Shown piece by piece: positions 51,835 to 64,000 of a DNA stretch of 64,000 nt. The translations under genes were made by a program, and so were the position numbers. A model generated the notes under the pieces. That model did not search any database. It was not told the DNA's origin and saw only the letters and a program-made list of their open reading frames with translations. The number at the start of each line of letters is the position of its first letter. The first letter of the stretch is position 1. This DNA comes from Octopus sinensis (lineage: Eukaryota): assembly GCF_006345805.1 (NCBI RefSeq), contig NC_043010.1, forward strand, positions 63,674,001-63,738,000, written 5' to 3'.

Positions 51835-52066
51835 AATTAAAATAACAAAGGAATAAGAAATTGTGTCATGAATCCCATTAGGTCACAGCTATTTCTGTTA
51901 TAAGATGCAATACATTCGTAGTTGAATGCCTTCATGTTTGAAGCTCTGATGAGGCTATAGGGTGATACACAAGCATTTGACTATGAGTACATTGCATCTT
52001 ATAGCAGAAACAGCTGTGACCTGATGGGATTCATGACACAATTTCTTTTCCTTTGTCATTTTAATT
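51835..52066. mobile_element. Inverted repeat (arms of about 95 bp) enclosing a hammerhead-like core
   Basis: About 51835-51929 is inverted at about 51973-52066. CTGATGA-g-gctatag...tatagc-a-GAAA-cagctg; related to 21957-22035. Confidence 0.7.
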
Positions 52067-52865
52067 AATAACCAGTGTCGGCTCCTTTATGCCTCCCATG
52101 ACCTAGCAGTACGATAAAAATGGTCCGAGAAAATAATTATGTCTATCTGTGTTTGTCCCTACACGCCTACAGCCACTGCTTGACAACGGTGTTGGTTTGT
52201 TTATGTCCCCCATAACTTAATGATTCAGCAAAAGAGACTGATAAAATGAATACCAGTCTTGTACTGAATGGGATTTGTTTCACTAAAATTCTTCAAGGTG
52301 GTGCCCCAGCATGGCCACAGTCCAATGACTGAAACAAGTAAAAGATAAAAGACAATTGTGTTCATTTGGGGCACAGGAAGGGCTGTGTGGTCAAGGGGTT
52401 ACCTCATAACAAAGTAGTTCTGTGTTTGGTTCCACTGCATGGCACTTTGGGTTAGGATCTTCTACTATAACCTCAGATTGAAAACACCAGGGAATGGAGA
52501 GGAATTTGCTAGATAGAAACTGTACAAGCGCCCATCATGTGTGTGAATTAAGGACTCCCCCATCGTTAGGTAACGAATGAGGGTTGTGCTATTTCTTGCC
52601 GAACAACCACACAGGTGACTTGGGTATGGTTGTGTTCACCTAAGCTTTCTCCCTCCATCGAATCAACATTGCCTGTACAACAAGTGCGCCACATGTTAGA
52701 CGTTGAAATTATCTCAGAACATGAAATGAAATGTTTTGTTCCAGAACACAACACAATACCTGCTCTGGGAATTGAAACCATGATCTTCTCATTATGAGTG
52801 TAACACTCCAGCCACTGGGTCATATGCTTTCTGGCTATCTATTTTATATATATATATGGGTGGGG

Positions 52866-53144
52866 GGAGGCACATGGCCTAGTGGTTACAGCAGTGGACT
52901 CGCAGGTTCGAATCTCAGACCGGGCGATGTGTGTGTTGATGAGCAAAACACCTAAGCTCCACGCAGCTCCAGCAGAAGGTAATGGCAAACTTCTGCTGAC
53001 TCTTCCACCACAACTTTCTCTCACTCTTTACTCCTGCATCTTGCAGCTCACCTGCGACAGACCGGCGTCCCCTCCAGGTGGAGAACCTATATGCCAAGGA
53101 AACCAGGAAACCGGCCCTAATGAGCCAGGCGTGGCTTGAGAAGG

Positions 53145-53150
<6 letters not shown>
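52866..53150 (+). mobile_element. Family D SINE
   Basis: ggaggcacatggcctagtggtt...gagaaggaacaaa. Confidence 0.9.
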
Positions 53151-53192
<42 letters not shown>

Positions 53193-53672
53193 TACATACA
53201 TACTATTGAACCTTGGGAGGGGCATTATGCCGGTAATAATAAACACATGCACTGGTTTGGTCCTTTATTGTTATTGTTAGTTAATGGGTTAGTTACTCCG
53301 TTAACCAATTTATCGATTAACCGTTTTACACTAGTTTTCCAAACTCATATGTTAAACACTTTGGTCAAACAGTTAATCGTTCAAATGTTCAGTATCGTTA
53401 GTGTTGTCTTTTCTTTTTTTGTCAAATAATTATTCCATCGCATTGTTGCAATCTCTTCAGCAATACGTCTCTCTACTTCCATTTCTTTTGAACTTATGTT
53501 CCAACGTTGGGATTTGTCCGAGATGAGTATGTGAGTGTGTGTATGGTGTATGTCTGCATGTGTGCGTGTTTATACATCCATGTGGGTATATGCGTTTTTT
53601 TAAAATACTGACTACGTCATTTTTCATATACACACACACACACATACATAGGTATATACATATATATATATA

Positions 53673-53984
53673 TCATCATCATCGTTTAACGTCCGCTTTC
53701 CATGCTAGCATGGGTTGGACAGTTCGACCGGGGTCTGGGAAGCCAGGGCTGCACCAGACTCCAGTCTGATCTGGCAGTGTTTCTACAGTTGGATGCCCTT
53801 CCTAACGCCAACCACTCCGCGAGTGTAGTGGGTGCTTTTTACGTGCCACCAGCACAGGTGCCAGGGGAGTCTGGCATCGGCCACGATCGGATGGTGCTTT
53901 TAACGTGCCACCGGCACGGAAGCCAGCGAAGGCGGCGCTGGCATCGGCCACGTTCGGATGGTGCTTTTTATGTGCCACCGGCAC
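53673..53984 (-). mobile_element. Family C element in (TA)n
   Basis: Conserved tail plus two repeats of about 60 bp. Confidence 0.88.
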
Positions 53985-54051
53985 AATATATATATATATG
54001 TGTGGTGCCTCAGCATGGCCGCGGCCTTCGGGTTAAAACATTTTTATGGAT

Positions 54052-54094
<43 letters not shown>

Positions 54095-54882
54095 AGAGAA
54101 AAAGAGAGAGAGTAGGTAGCTAATTAAAGAAAGCTAAACACACACATATTTTATGTGCATGTGAGTATTTTTAGCTGATGTATGTTGAAGAAAGATGTAA
54201 ATATTGAACAAAAACCAAAAAACAAAAATTCTTTTTGAATAAGGCCCTGTGATATTTATTTTGGATCAAATTACACAGACACTCCCTTGTTACTCTTGCT
54301 GTTGGAAATGCAGTGAATGAGTGACTGGACCAATGATGCCATTGAAAAATAAAGTAAATAAATACACAAATGCTGCCAGACAATTTAATTTTCACTTTGC
54401 AGTGTTGATAAAATAAATACCAACAATAAACTGGAGTTCATGCAGTAACTCCCCGCCCACAACAAAAATTAATTTTGAGTCTCTGCAAAAAAAAAAAAAA
54501 TGGTTTTCGTCTATGCTGCTGCTAATGATGATGATGATGATGATGTTGATAACAATGCCCAACATAAGCACCGGGGCAGGAATGTTGGCATGAGAATATG
54601 TTCAATTCTATTGACTCTGGTGTTTGACTGGTTCTTCTTGTTACCAACTGAGCAGGACGAAAGACAAAAAGTCGGCCTTGGTTTGACTGCGAGGATGTCT
54701 AACTGACAAACGTGCACTGATTAAACATACACAGCCGGGACAGTTGTTGTTGTTAAAACAGATATGATTCATATATGCACGGGGACCCTCCAGAGGATTA
54801 ACAGTTTTGGCACTTAGCTGTCAGGCATGTAAGAGATAAAAATTCTAGTATGGCTAGGACTATAATCTTCAATTATCTTTCG

Positions 54883-55273
54883 TCTTTTACTTGTTTTAGC
54901 CACAGAATTGAAGTCATGCTGGGGCAACACCTTCAAGGGTTTAGTCAAACGAATTGACCCCAGTTTTTTAAAGCTTGGTACTGATTCTATGGGGCTCTTT
55001 GGCCAAAGAACTGCTGATTTATGGGGATGTAAACAAGCTAACACTGATTATCAAGTTGTGGTGGGGGGGACAAGCATAAACACACACACATATCTATCTA
55101 TACATACATACACACATATACAGATGTATGATGGGCTTCCATACAAGCTTCTGTCTACCAAGTCCACTCACAAGGTTTTGGTTGGCCTGGGGCTATAATA
55201 GAAGACACTTGCCCAAGGTGCCTCACAGTAGGACTGAACTCAGAACTGTGTGGTTGAGAAGCAAATTTCTTAC
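54883..55273 (-). mobile_element. Older family A SINE, head truncated by a duplicated segment
   Basis: Collinear up to gcaaatttcttac, then switches to the duplicated block. Confidence 0.8.
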
Positions 55274-55768
55274 TGGACTACTTGTTCATCGGTCCTTCAT
55301 TCAAATTTAATGCTGGTATTTCTTCGTGTTTTGGGGCATACTCTACATTACCTTAATTCATTAACTGTAAGGAATACAAACCACATCTAACTTCTTCGTG
55401 TTTTGGGGCATACTCTACATTACCTTAATTCATTAACTGTAAGGAATACAAACCACATCTAACTGGAAATGCTCATGCTTAGAACAGATTCCACCAGTGA
55501 TATTAGGTCTACCATTACCACTGGATTTGGACTCTGGTTCTCTTTAAATGTATCCATATCGCAAATAATGCTTCAAGAAGGTAATACATCTATTTTCCAC
55601 AGATCAGGCGAACAGTGATGTGGTAATTTAGTATTCAATTTTCAACCAAGGCTTATTAGAATGCCTACAGTGTATCTTGAACTCATAACCTAGTTTTAAG
55701 TATAGTTTTTTAAATACCTAGACCAATCACAATCCATATTAGTTTTTGGTTAAAATTTAGAGTTCCAT

Positions 55769-56146
55769 TTGAGCGTTGGGCCTCATGGAGGTAAAGTAGC
55801 TGAGTTCCTTTCGAGTGATGGGCCTCATGGAGGCAAAGTGGCTAAGCTCCTTTTGAGTGTTGGGCCTCACAGAGGCAATGACCAAGACCTAGGGTATCAT
55901 GTCGTGCTTCAGAAGAAGACCCATCAACCTGAGCAAAATCGAAATTGTGGCAGATACTGGTATCATGTAAAAGCACCCATTACACTCTATGAGTGGTTGG
56001 CACTAGGAAGGGCATCCAACCGTAGAAAACCATGCCAAATGAGACTGGATCCTGGTGCAGCCTTCCAGTGTGCCAGCCCAGTCAAACCATCCAACTCATG
56101 CCAGTATGGACAATGGGCGTTAAATGGTGATGATAACGACGATGAA
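55769..56146 (+). mobile_element. RTE 3'-end / family C-related element with 42-bp tandem repeats
   Basis: Three ga..g.tgggcctca repeats, then ggttggcactaggaagggcatcc and a gat-rich tail. Confidence 0.75.
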
Positions 56147-56354
56147 TAAATGGCTTATAATCTACAACACACAAAATATTTCAACAATTATTTTTATACA
56201 ATTCCTAATAATATTTAATCATCAAAATAGGATTTTTTAAACATCAACCAGTAGAGTAAAATAGAAATTAAAGGAGTCCATTGGGCAAAAATGGTCAAGA
56301 ACCACTGATCTGGACAGTAAGTCAGATCTGACAAACACATCAGAGTTGCATGTT

Positions 56355-56722
56355 TTTTTTATGTTTCAGTCATTTGACTGTGTGTGGCCATGCTGGAGCA
56401 CCACCTTTAGTCAAGTAAACAGACCCCAGGACTTATTCTTTGTAAGCCTAGTACTTATTCTATCGGTCTCTTTTGCTGAACCACTAAGTTATGGGGATGT
56501 AAACACACCAGCATCGGTTGTCAAGCGGTGGTGGGGGGACAAACAGACACACATATATATGACAGGCTTCTTCCAGTTTCCGTCTACCAGATCCACTCAG
56601 AAGGCTTTAGTCAGCCCGAGTCTAGAGTAGAAGACACTCGCCCAAGGTGCCATGCAGTGGGACTGAACCCAGAACCATGAAGTTGAAAAGCAAGCTACTT
56701 ACCACACAGCCACTCCTGTGCC
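56355..56722 (-). mobile_element. Family A SINE
   Basis: Collinear with the other copies. Confidence 0.9.
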
Positions 56723-57724
56723 TCTTAACTACTTTAAAAATCTTAAATCATTATTTTTACCATGTCAGCAAAGGTTTGATAGTTTTGTAAACTTGTTCAT
56801 TGGCATAAATTGAGCAAGAGATTTTTTTACACTTAAATGCTCTTTCTAATAATCCCCATTCAACCATGACTACATAGTTATCAGCATGGCTAGGTAGAGT
56901 TGTGTACCTTGTTAAGAAGAATATCTCGGCTAGAGGTGGTTTAGTGAATTAAGTACTGGACTACTTGTTCATCGGTCCTTCATTCAAATTTAATGCTGGT
57001 ATTTCTTCGTGTTTTGGGGCATACTCTACATTACCTTAATTCATTAACTGTTAGGAATACAAACCACATCTAACTGGAAATGCTCATGCTTAGACCAGAT
57101 TCCACCAGTGAATCGTCTGGCACCTGTGTCGGTGGCACATAAAAAGCACCCACTACACTCACGGAGTGGTTGGCGTTAGGAAGGGCATCCAGCTGTAGAA
57201 ACACCGCCAGATCTGACTGGCCTGGTGCAGCCTTCGGGCTTCCCAGACCTCAGTTAAACCGTCCAACCCATGCTAGCATGGAAAGCGGACGTTAAATGAT
57301 GATGATGATATTAGGTCTACCATTACCACTGGATTTGGACTCTGGTTCTCTTTAAAATCCTCTTGATAGTTGAAGTGTGTAAGAGCTCAATGCAGACTTA
57401 AATGGGTGCAGGCATGGCTTTGTGTTCAAGTGGTTTATTTTATGGTCTTGACACTTAGAGCAAGTGTCATCCTAACCATCTCGTGAGAACAAAACTGTAG
57501 AAGCATGCTGAAGAGAAAACACATTATATGAGTGGTAGTCTTAATATGTCACCCAGTTTAACACCACTAACTGGCCCTTGTCTGGCTTTCGTGGGATTCA
57601 CTCTGTTGCAAGAATTCAGCCCAGGTCTTCATACTGAGAATCATTAGATTCCTTCTATCTGTCAAAAGCACCCATGACCCTGAAAAAAATTATTATGGGT
57701 GCTGCCTACCTCATTTGACTAGAA

Positions 57725-57969
57725 CAATGATTCTCGACCATTTTTTTGCCTATGGACCCTTTGATTGCTGTTACTTGGGTGGATCCTCATAGCCATTCTA
57801 TGTGTAAAAAATCCTGTTATATCTTTAGAATTAAATATTATTAGGAAATGTATAAAAAAATTGTTAAAATATTTTGTGTATTGTATAAATATAATTAATT
57901 TATTGCAATTAAATTTTAATGACACAATGAACCCTCAAGAATCATATGGGCCCCAATTGAGAACCACCA
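57725..57969. mobile_element. hAT/Charlie-type MITE
   Basis: TIRs caatgattctcga / ttgagaaccacca. 8-bp flanks gactagaa / gactaggg are centred on CTAG. Confidence 0.72.
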
Positions 57970-58235
57970 GACTAGGGCATAAAAAACTCATCATGTACAA
58001 TATGCATCTGCTAGGGGTTATCTTTCTTGGCCATGAGAAAGTCTTACCTAACATCTTATACATCCTAAAGGACTATTATCAGTGGCTGGTGCTAAGCTCC
58101 AGTTTTATAGCATAAATCAGATAAAACAGAAAATTTTCCCTGGGATAGAATGTCAGTCTATCACGGATACCATTCCCAGATTTTAAGGTTCCTAGTTGTG
58201 GCAAGGAGCTGAACAAAGGGACACTAAAATGTATA

Positions 58236-58468
58236 CTTATTTCTTTATTACCCACAAGGGGCTAAACACAGAGGGGACAAACAAGGACAGACAGACAGAT
58301 TAAGTCGATTATATCGACCCCAGTGCGTAGCTGGTACTTAATTTATCGACCCCGAAGGATGAAAGGCAAAGTCGACCTTGGCGGAATTTGAACTTAGAGC
58401 GTAACAGCAGACGAAATACGGCTACGCATTTCGCCCGGCGTGCTAACGTTTCTGCCAGCTCACTGCCC
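58236..58468 (-). mobile_element. Family B SINE
   Basis: Collinear with 33538-33761. Confidence 0.9.
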
Positions 58469-58929
58469 ACACATACAATAAAACACTGGCAACAGATTTG
58501 AACTCAAGACCTTCGAAGGCTGTAGTTTAGTAATCTATTCCTTTAGTTACCTTGCTTTCATGATGATGGTATGCTTGTTATTTGGTCTTCTCAAAGCATT
58601 ACCAATCAAAATTACACTTTTGGAACATAAAATGCTGTCAATTGAGATATCTTATACCCTTTCAATTCAATTAGCCATTCATTCATTCTTCTTTTTGTGG
58701 GAATGAACTCCTGGATGCTTTATAGGAATATAAATCAACTCCAGTGCTTGTCTGGTAGTTTATTCAAGTGGCCCTGGGAGGATGAAGGGTAACATTGATT
58801 CTAGTGGGATTTGAACTCAGAACATGAAACACTATAAACTAAATATCACAAGGCACTTTGGCTGAGGCTCTAATGATTTTTTTCAACCCATCACCATTAT
58901 ATATTTCATGTATGTTTGGCGCGTAACAA

Positions 58930-59220
58930 ACACCGTCTGATCGTGGATGATGCCAGCCTGGCCTGGCCTCCATGCCGGTGACACGTAAAAAGCACCATCC
59001 GATCGTGGCCGTTCGCCAGCCTCGTCTGGCACCAGTGTCGGTGGCACATAAAAAGCACCCACTACACTCACGGAGTGGTTGGCGTTAGGAAGGGCATCCA
59101 GCTGTAGAAACACTGCTAGATCTGACTGGCTTGGTGCAGCCTTTGGGCTTCCCAGACCCCAGTTGAACCGTCCAACCCATGCTAGCATGGAAAGCGGACG
59201 TTAAACGATGATGATGATGA
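58930..59220 (+). mobile_element. Family C element
   Basis: Internal repeats, conserved tail and (gat)n. Confidence 0.88.
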
Positions 59221-59274
59221 TGTGTATACAATATTATGATACAATACAGCATGATAATAATCAGTGTCTGTATC

Positions 59275-60330
59275 ATTATCATCATTTTTACATCTACTTT
59301 TCCATGCTTGCACGGGTCAGATGGGTCTTCTCTAGCATAGCATTTCATCTGTGTGGAGGCACATGGCCTAGTGGTTAGAGTAGTGGACACACGGTTGAGG
59401 AATCTCAGACCGGGTGATGTGTGTGTTTATGAGCGAAACACCTAAGCTCCATATGGCTCTGGCAGAAGGTAATGGCGAACCTCTGCTGACTCTTCCGCCA
59501 CAACTTTCTCTCACTCTTTCCTCCTACATCTTGCAGCTTACCTACGACGGACTGGCGTCCCATCCAGGTGGGGAACCTATACGCCAAGAAACCGGAAAAC
59601 CGGCCCTAATGAGCCAGGCATGGCTCGAGAAGGAACAACCAAACAACAAAAAATAGCCTTTCATCTCCTTCATGAGGTTGTCTTCTGAGATCAGCTTTCA
59701 TCAGTTTTTCCCATGTCTTCTTCATTTTCCTTCCACATGGATCACTTGGTTCTTATTTATCCAACTATCAGCCTCGATACACATTTCATAACCATACAAC
59801 TGCAGTCAACCCTGGCATACTGCATCTCATCTAGTTTTTTTCCTCAGGTGATTTGTGATTATACACTAATGTTGAACATTCATCGGAGTGTACTCACATC
59901 ATGTCTTTCTACCCTTTGCACATCTTCTGTATTCAAGGCCCAGGTTTTGTTACTGTGCAACATTGTACTTTGTACATAGTCATCATAGAATCTACTCTTT
60001 GTTGCTCACAGTGGTAATAGCTCCCTGGACCTTTCTCACTCACTTCTTACTCTAGCTATTAAGCTTTCAGAACACCCTCCTCCACTCCTAGTTAGGCTTT
60101 CTAGGTAACAAAAGCTACCAACTGGTGAGTATTTGCAATTTTACTTCAAGGATATTTTCACTGATCATTGATCCTGTGTACCCATAGTTTATGTTGGGTA
60201 TAACACATGGAATTCCTACCAACTCCTTTTCTGCAGATCAAGCACTTTTACTTTCCAGATGGGAGCAGAGTTGTGCCTTCTTTTGCTAAATTTACTTGGG
60301 GCAGGGGAGCCCTCTCAGTTCTATACTTCC
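59275..60330 (-). mobile_element. Decayed RTE LINE 3' half, interrupted by a family D SINE
   Basis: KCLICRKGVGRNSMCYTQHKLWVH, SFCYLESLTRSGGGCSESLIARVR and STMLHSNKTWALNTEDVQRVER. Confidence 0.82.
59355..59652 (+). mobile_element. Family D SINE with 14-bp TSD
   Basis: TSD atagcatttcatct/atagcctttcatct at 59337 and 59653. Confidence 0.9.
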
Positions 60331-61396
60331 TTTCTATATTTGGGGTTTATTTCTAAATCTTTGAAAGTTTCAGCCGTGAGAATAAGGTCTTTGGGATACA
60401 TGACCCAAAGAATTGTTATACTCAGAACAGAATCTTGGTAGACACACACCTTCAAGGGAAATTCCTTGCTGAACTAATTACTGTCAACAAGGTGACAGCA
60501 GTTCTGTACATGGATTGCGTGGTCCTACCAAGCCTTTCATCTGTACCTAGTTTTCTTAGTAACCACCAGTCAACAAAGCAAAGTACTCTTTTGAAGGCTT
60601 CATTCAGGTCAATGGATGCTAGGTATTGTGGCTTAGTCTTATGAGCTAAAACTTCTCTTGTAGTCTATCATTTTAAGAAGGTGAATGTGGTACCCCATCT
60701 TAGCACAAAGCTGAACTGTATCTCATAAGCTAATTTTCTTCCTAATTAGTCACACTATAACTCTTTCTCTTACTTCTGTTATCTTCTTGCCTCTGGAGTT
60801 GCTTTTAAATAAAGCTCCGGTAATAACTGGGAAGTTAACCCTGTGATGGACTGGCATTCCATCCAGGGGAGGGTTATGCTCTGGCCTTATGAGTCCAAAG
60901 CTTCATGAGAGAATTGGGTGGTGGATTGGCAGAATCATCAGAATGTCTGGTGCTACTTAATTACAACCCTTTCCATTCTGAGTTCAAATTCCATCAAATT
61001 GAACTTTGGATTTCAGCCTTCTGGGATCAATAAATAAAGTACTATTTAAGTACTAGTGACAATTTAATTGACTAAGCCCCCTGTACCGAATCTCTATGTT
61101 AGAAATAATAATCATTGTTATAAGGAGCAGAATATAACAATAGTTACAGAACTGGGCAAAATGTTTTGTGGTATTCAATTACGACTGTTTAGCTTTGTGT
61201 TCAAATCCAACTAAAATCAACTGTTTTCATCCTTCCAAGGTTAATGAAATTATACACTAGTCAAGTACTAAGCTTAATTAAGTCAACTACCTATCTTGTG
61301 GCCTTCTGCTTACTGTAGATATCGTTATGTTGGTGGTGTTTCACCTCAGGTCAACCCTGGCTCAGTCAAACATTTTCCAGTCAGGACCACTTAGAC

Positions 61397-62130
61397 CAAT
61401 GGTTCTCAACCATTTTTTTTAGTTATGAATGAGTTGTCAAAGGACAGAGATATCTGGTGCTTTGCCGTACTCAAGGAGACCCATCTGTCACAGCAGAATA
61501 TGCTGGTACATCATAAAGAGCACTGGTACTGGTGGTGCCATATATAAAGCAACCAGTACAGTCTATGGAGTGGTTGGCATTAGGAAGGGCATCCAGCCAT
61601 AGAAACCATGTCAGAACACACAATGTAGCCTGGTGCAGCCCCTGGTCTTACCAGCTCTGGTTAAACTGTCCAACCCATGCCAGCATGGTAAACAGACATA
61701 TGATGATGATGGATCCCTTTGATTCCTAATTTATTTGGGTGGACCATCATAGCCATTTAACCCTTTCACTACCATATTTCTTTCAATTAATTTTAAATAT
61801 AACAAAGAATTTAGCAAAATAACTTAGTAATCATTCAGCTAGTGTTAGGAACATAAATTGTGACTAGGGTTTGGTGGAAGATTTTAATTCAAAACTTATG
61901 AAAACAAGACATTTGTACTACAGAGCTGGTTTTAGCCGGGTTGGTATCAAAAATGTTAATGTTTAAAAAAAATCTATTATATCTTTATAGTTAAATATCA
62001 GGAATTGTATTAAAAAATTAACATATTTTGTGTATAGTAGAAGTACAACCAAGTTATTACCCATAAATTTTAACAGCAAAATCATATATGGAACCCCAAG
62101 AGACAAAGTGACCTCAGTTGAGAACCACTG
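61397..62130. mobile_element. hAT/Charlie-type MITE with nested family C-like and piggyBac-type insertions
   Basis: TIRs caatggttctcaac / gttgagaaccactg. Nested insertions at about 61440-61710 and 61757-61959 (TTAA-CCCT...GTTAA). Confidence 0.72.
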
Positions 62131-63531
62131 ATCTAGTCTTTTTCCAGACAGTGCAACTGGGGTCACATTATCCAGTGTAACCTTTGGTTTCTAAGACAGG
62201 ATGAAGTTCTGAGGGTAATTCGGCTGGTTATCATTGGCAAGTCAAAACCACCATGTAGTCTCCCTAATTGGCACATCAGAAACCAATATTAAGGGTAATG
62301 GCTGGAGAAAATACTTTGGTGTATTTAGATAGAACCTTTACATTCTCAGTTCAAATCCTGCTGGGAGCTGACTTTCTTTCATCATCCTGGGGTTGATAAA
62401 ATAAACACTAGTTGCACAAGAATTGATATAACCAACTACAACCTACCCTCAAATTCAAAACCTCAGGCCACTGGAGCTCTGAGTTCAATTCCTGCTGAAG
62501 TAAACTATGTTTCCTACTTCTGGATAACTAAAGTAGCTGGATCAGTTCTTTTCTCTCTCTCTCCCTCAGACTTAGTGACATTGTCCCTTAAAAAAGGTCA
62601 TGGAGCAACACACAATAACTCTTTTCCTAGAAATGCAGAAGACTTAAGTGAGAGGCAAGCAAATTTTTTACATAGACAGTCTTAGTCTACAGGAGCCATC
62701 TAAGGAAGGACCAGTACAACATAGAACAGCATAGAACAGGAATCTTGATAAAAAAAAAAAAGGAGGAATGCTGGACAAAAATATCTTGGTCTTTTTAGTG
62801 ACACTCTTTCCCAAATCTCAATGTTGGGCTTAGGCCATGCTGCAGCAATGTCTTTGGTAAGTGTAGTCCAGAGTCAATTTTGATCCAGCAATCCAATGAC
62901 CAAAAGCATTTTAGCTGTGCCTCTAGTCTTTTTTTTTTCTTTCAGATGCAGTGCATCGAGGGTTACATTATCCAATGTATCCTTCCTTGGATTTGGCTAC
63001 TATATCTAGCAGGTGGAAAGACCACATAAAAGCTCCTCTTACCCCAATCAATAATTGAGATACATACTAACTACACCCCTTTCCCAAAATGTGTCCCCAT
63101 GTGGTAAAGTGGACTCCCCACAGAAAAAAAAATTTATTAGTTTGCAGTATTTAGTTATGGCCCTTTACAATAGCTTAAAATCCTTCAGTGGGTCACTTCA
63201 CCTTTTATACATTCAAGTTGATAAAATATATCAATCAAATTCTGAGATTCATTTAAGAAGCTACGCCGAACTCCTAACTTTGAGCCTTTGTGCCAATGGT
63301 AAAAAAAAAAAACATATTATTATGGTAAATTTTTACTATTATGCTCGTCTTATCACTGTGTCACGGATGAGTTGGACATATTTGTGTCCACATTCCTGTC
63401 AAATAAACTTCGTAATTTCCTTTCAAGCTTTTACTGATGGCTGTTGAAGTTTCATAGAGAAACTATTTCTTCTATCAGAATATAATATGCTGCGAGCAAG
63501 AGGTATCAATCAACCGACAGAGACAGACACA

Positions 63532-63578
<47 letters not shown>

Positions 63579-64000
63579 ACATACACAAAATGTGCACAAA
63601 GCCAGTCGATATTAATGTTTACAACGTATATAAACAATACATCCGATGACGTGTGTACACCTCTATCTGCCTGTCTGTCACTCTAGCTTTATACATACAT
63701 ACATATATATAGAGAGAGTGAGAAAGAGAAAGAGATCAACTTTGTCTTTCATCCTTTCGTGGTCGATGAATAAGGTATCGGCCCAGGGCCTAGATTGACG
63801 GAATGTTAGAGCGGTAGACAAGATGCCTTTGCACCATCGGATTCTTAGTTTAAGATGTTTTTACTTTGTTAATATAAACTTTTTCGTGAAATCTACGGTT
63901 TAGACGTTGTCATAAGTTGTGTACTTTCTCTAAGATCAAATCCCGCTTCACTGTGACTAGAAAAACCCAAAAACAAAAAGGCCCTCGGCAAACATGTTAA

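Larger units (their letters stand above)
55271..57356. repeat. Near-identical direct duplication of about 206 bp (55271-55548 and 56954-57356)
   Basis: Only about 2 substitutions seen. Copy 1 has an internal 72-bp tandem duplication; copy 2 has a family C insertion at 57112-57308. Confidence 0.93.

Noticed and set aside
55271-57356. LTR retrotransposon or TRIM bounded by the direct repeats
   Set aside because: No TG...CA ends, PBS, PPT or TSD; the interior is unrelated SINE and MITE debris.
63055-63447. 130-aa ORF
   Set aside because: Non-ATG start, runs through poly-A tracts, and has no recognisable motif.

Overview
AT-rich, repeat-dense animal genomic DNA. The repeat families (tRNA-headed SINEs, RTE-LINE tails ending in (GAT)n, huge (TA)n tracts) look like Octopus/coleoid cephalopod; this is pattern recognition, not a database result. 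One intact protein-coding region is supported: an uninterrupted 568-aa C2H2 zinc-finger ORF on the minus strand (38833-40539) with 11 fingers, an in-frame upstream ORF, a splice acceptor and a CCAAT-box cluster. The rest is (TA)n/(CA)n/(CAT)n microsatellite, densest at 1-17.6 kb, plus mobile-element debris. That debris includes a nearly complete but shattered Penelope-like element (about 5.6-9.8 kb), several RTE-clade LINE remnants (one with a twin-priming-type 5' inversion, one ending in C2H2 fingers), three tRNA-derived SINE families, two non-autonomous Helitrons, hAT- and piggyBac-type MITEs, and a 77-bp minisatellite. The best leads are (i) short non-coding elements carrying minimal hammerhead-ribozyme motifs, one fused to a fold-back tRNA-like Pol III head, and (ii) the alternating R/Q recognition code of the zinc-finger array, which predicts a 6-bp periodic target such as TGGTGA or GGGTTA. 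Nearly all other ORFs in the supplied track are artefacts of simple repeats. Coordinates were read by eye and may be off by a few bases.
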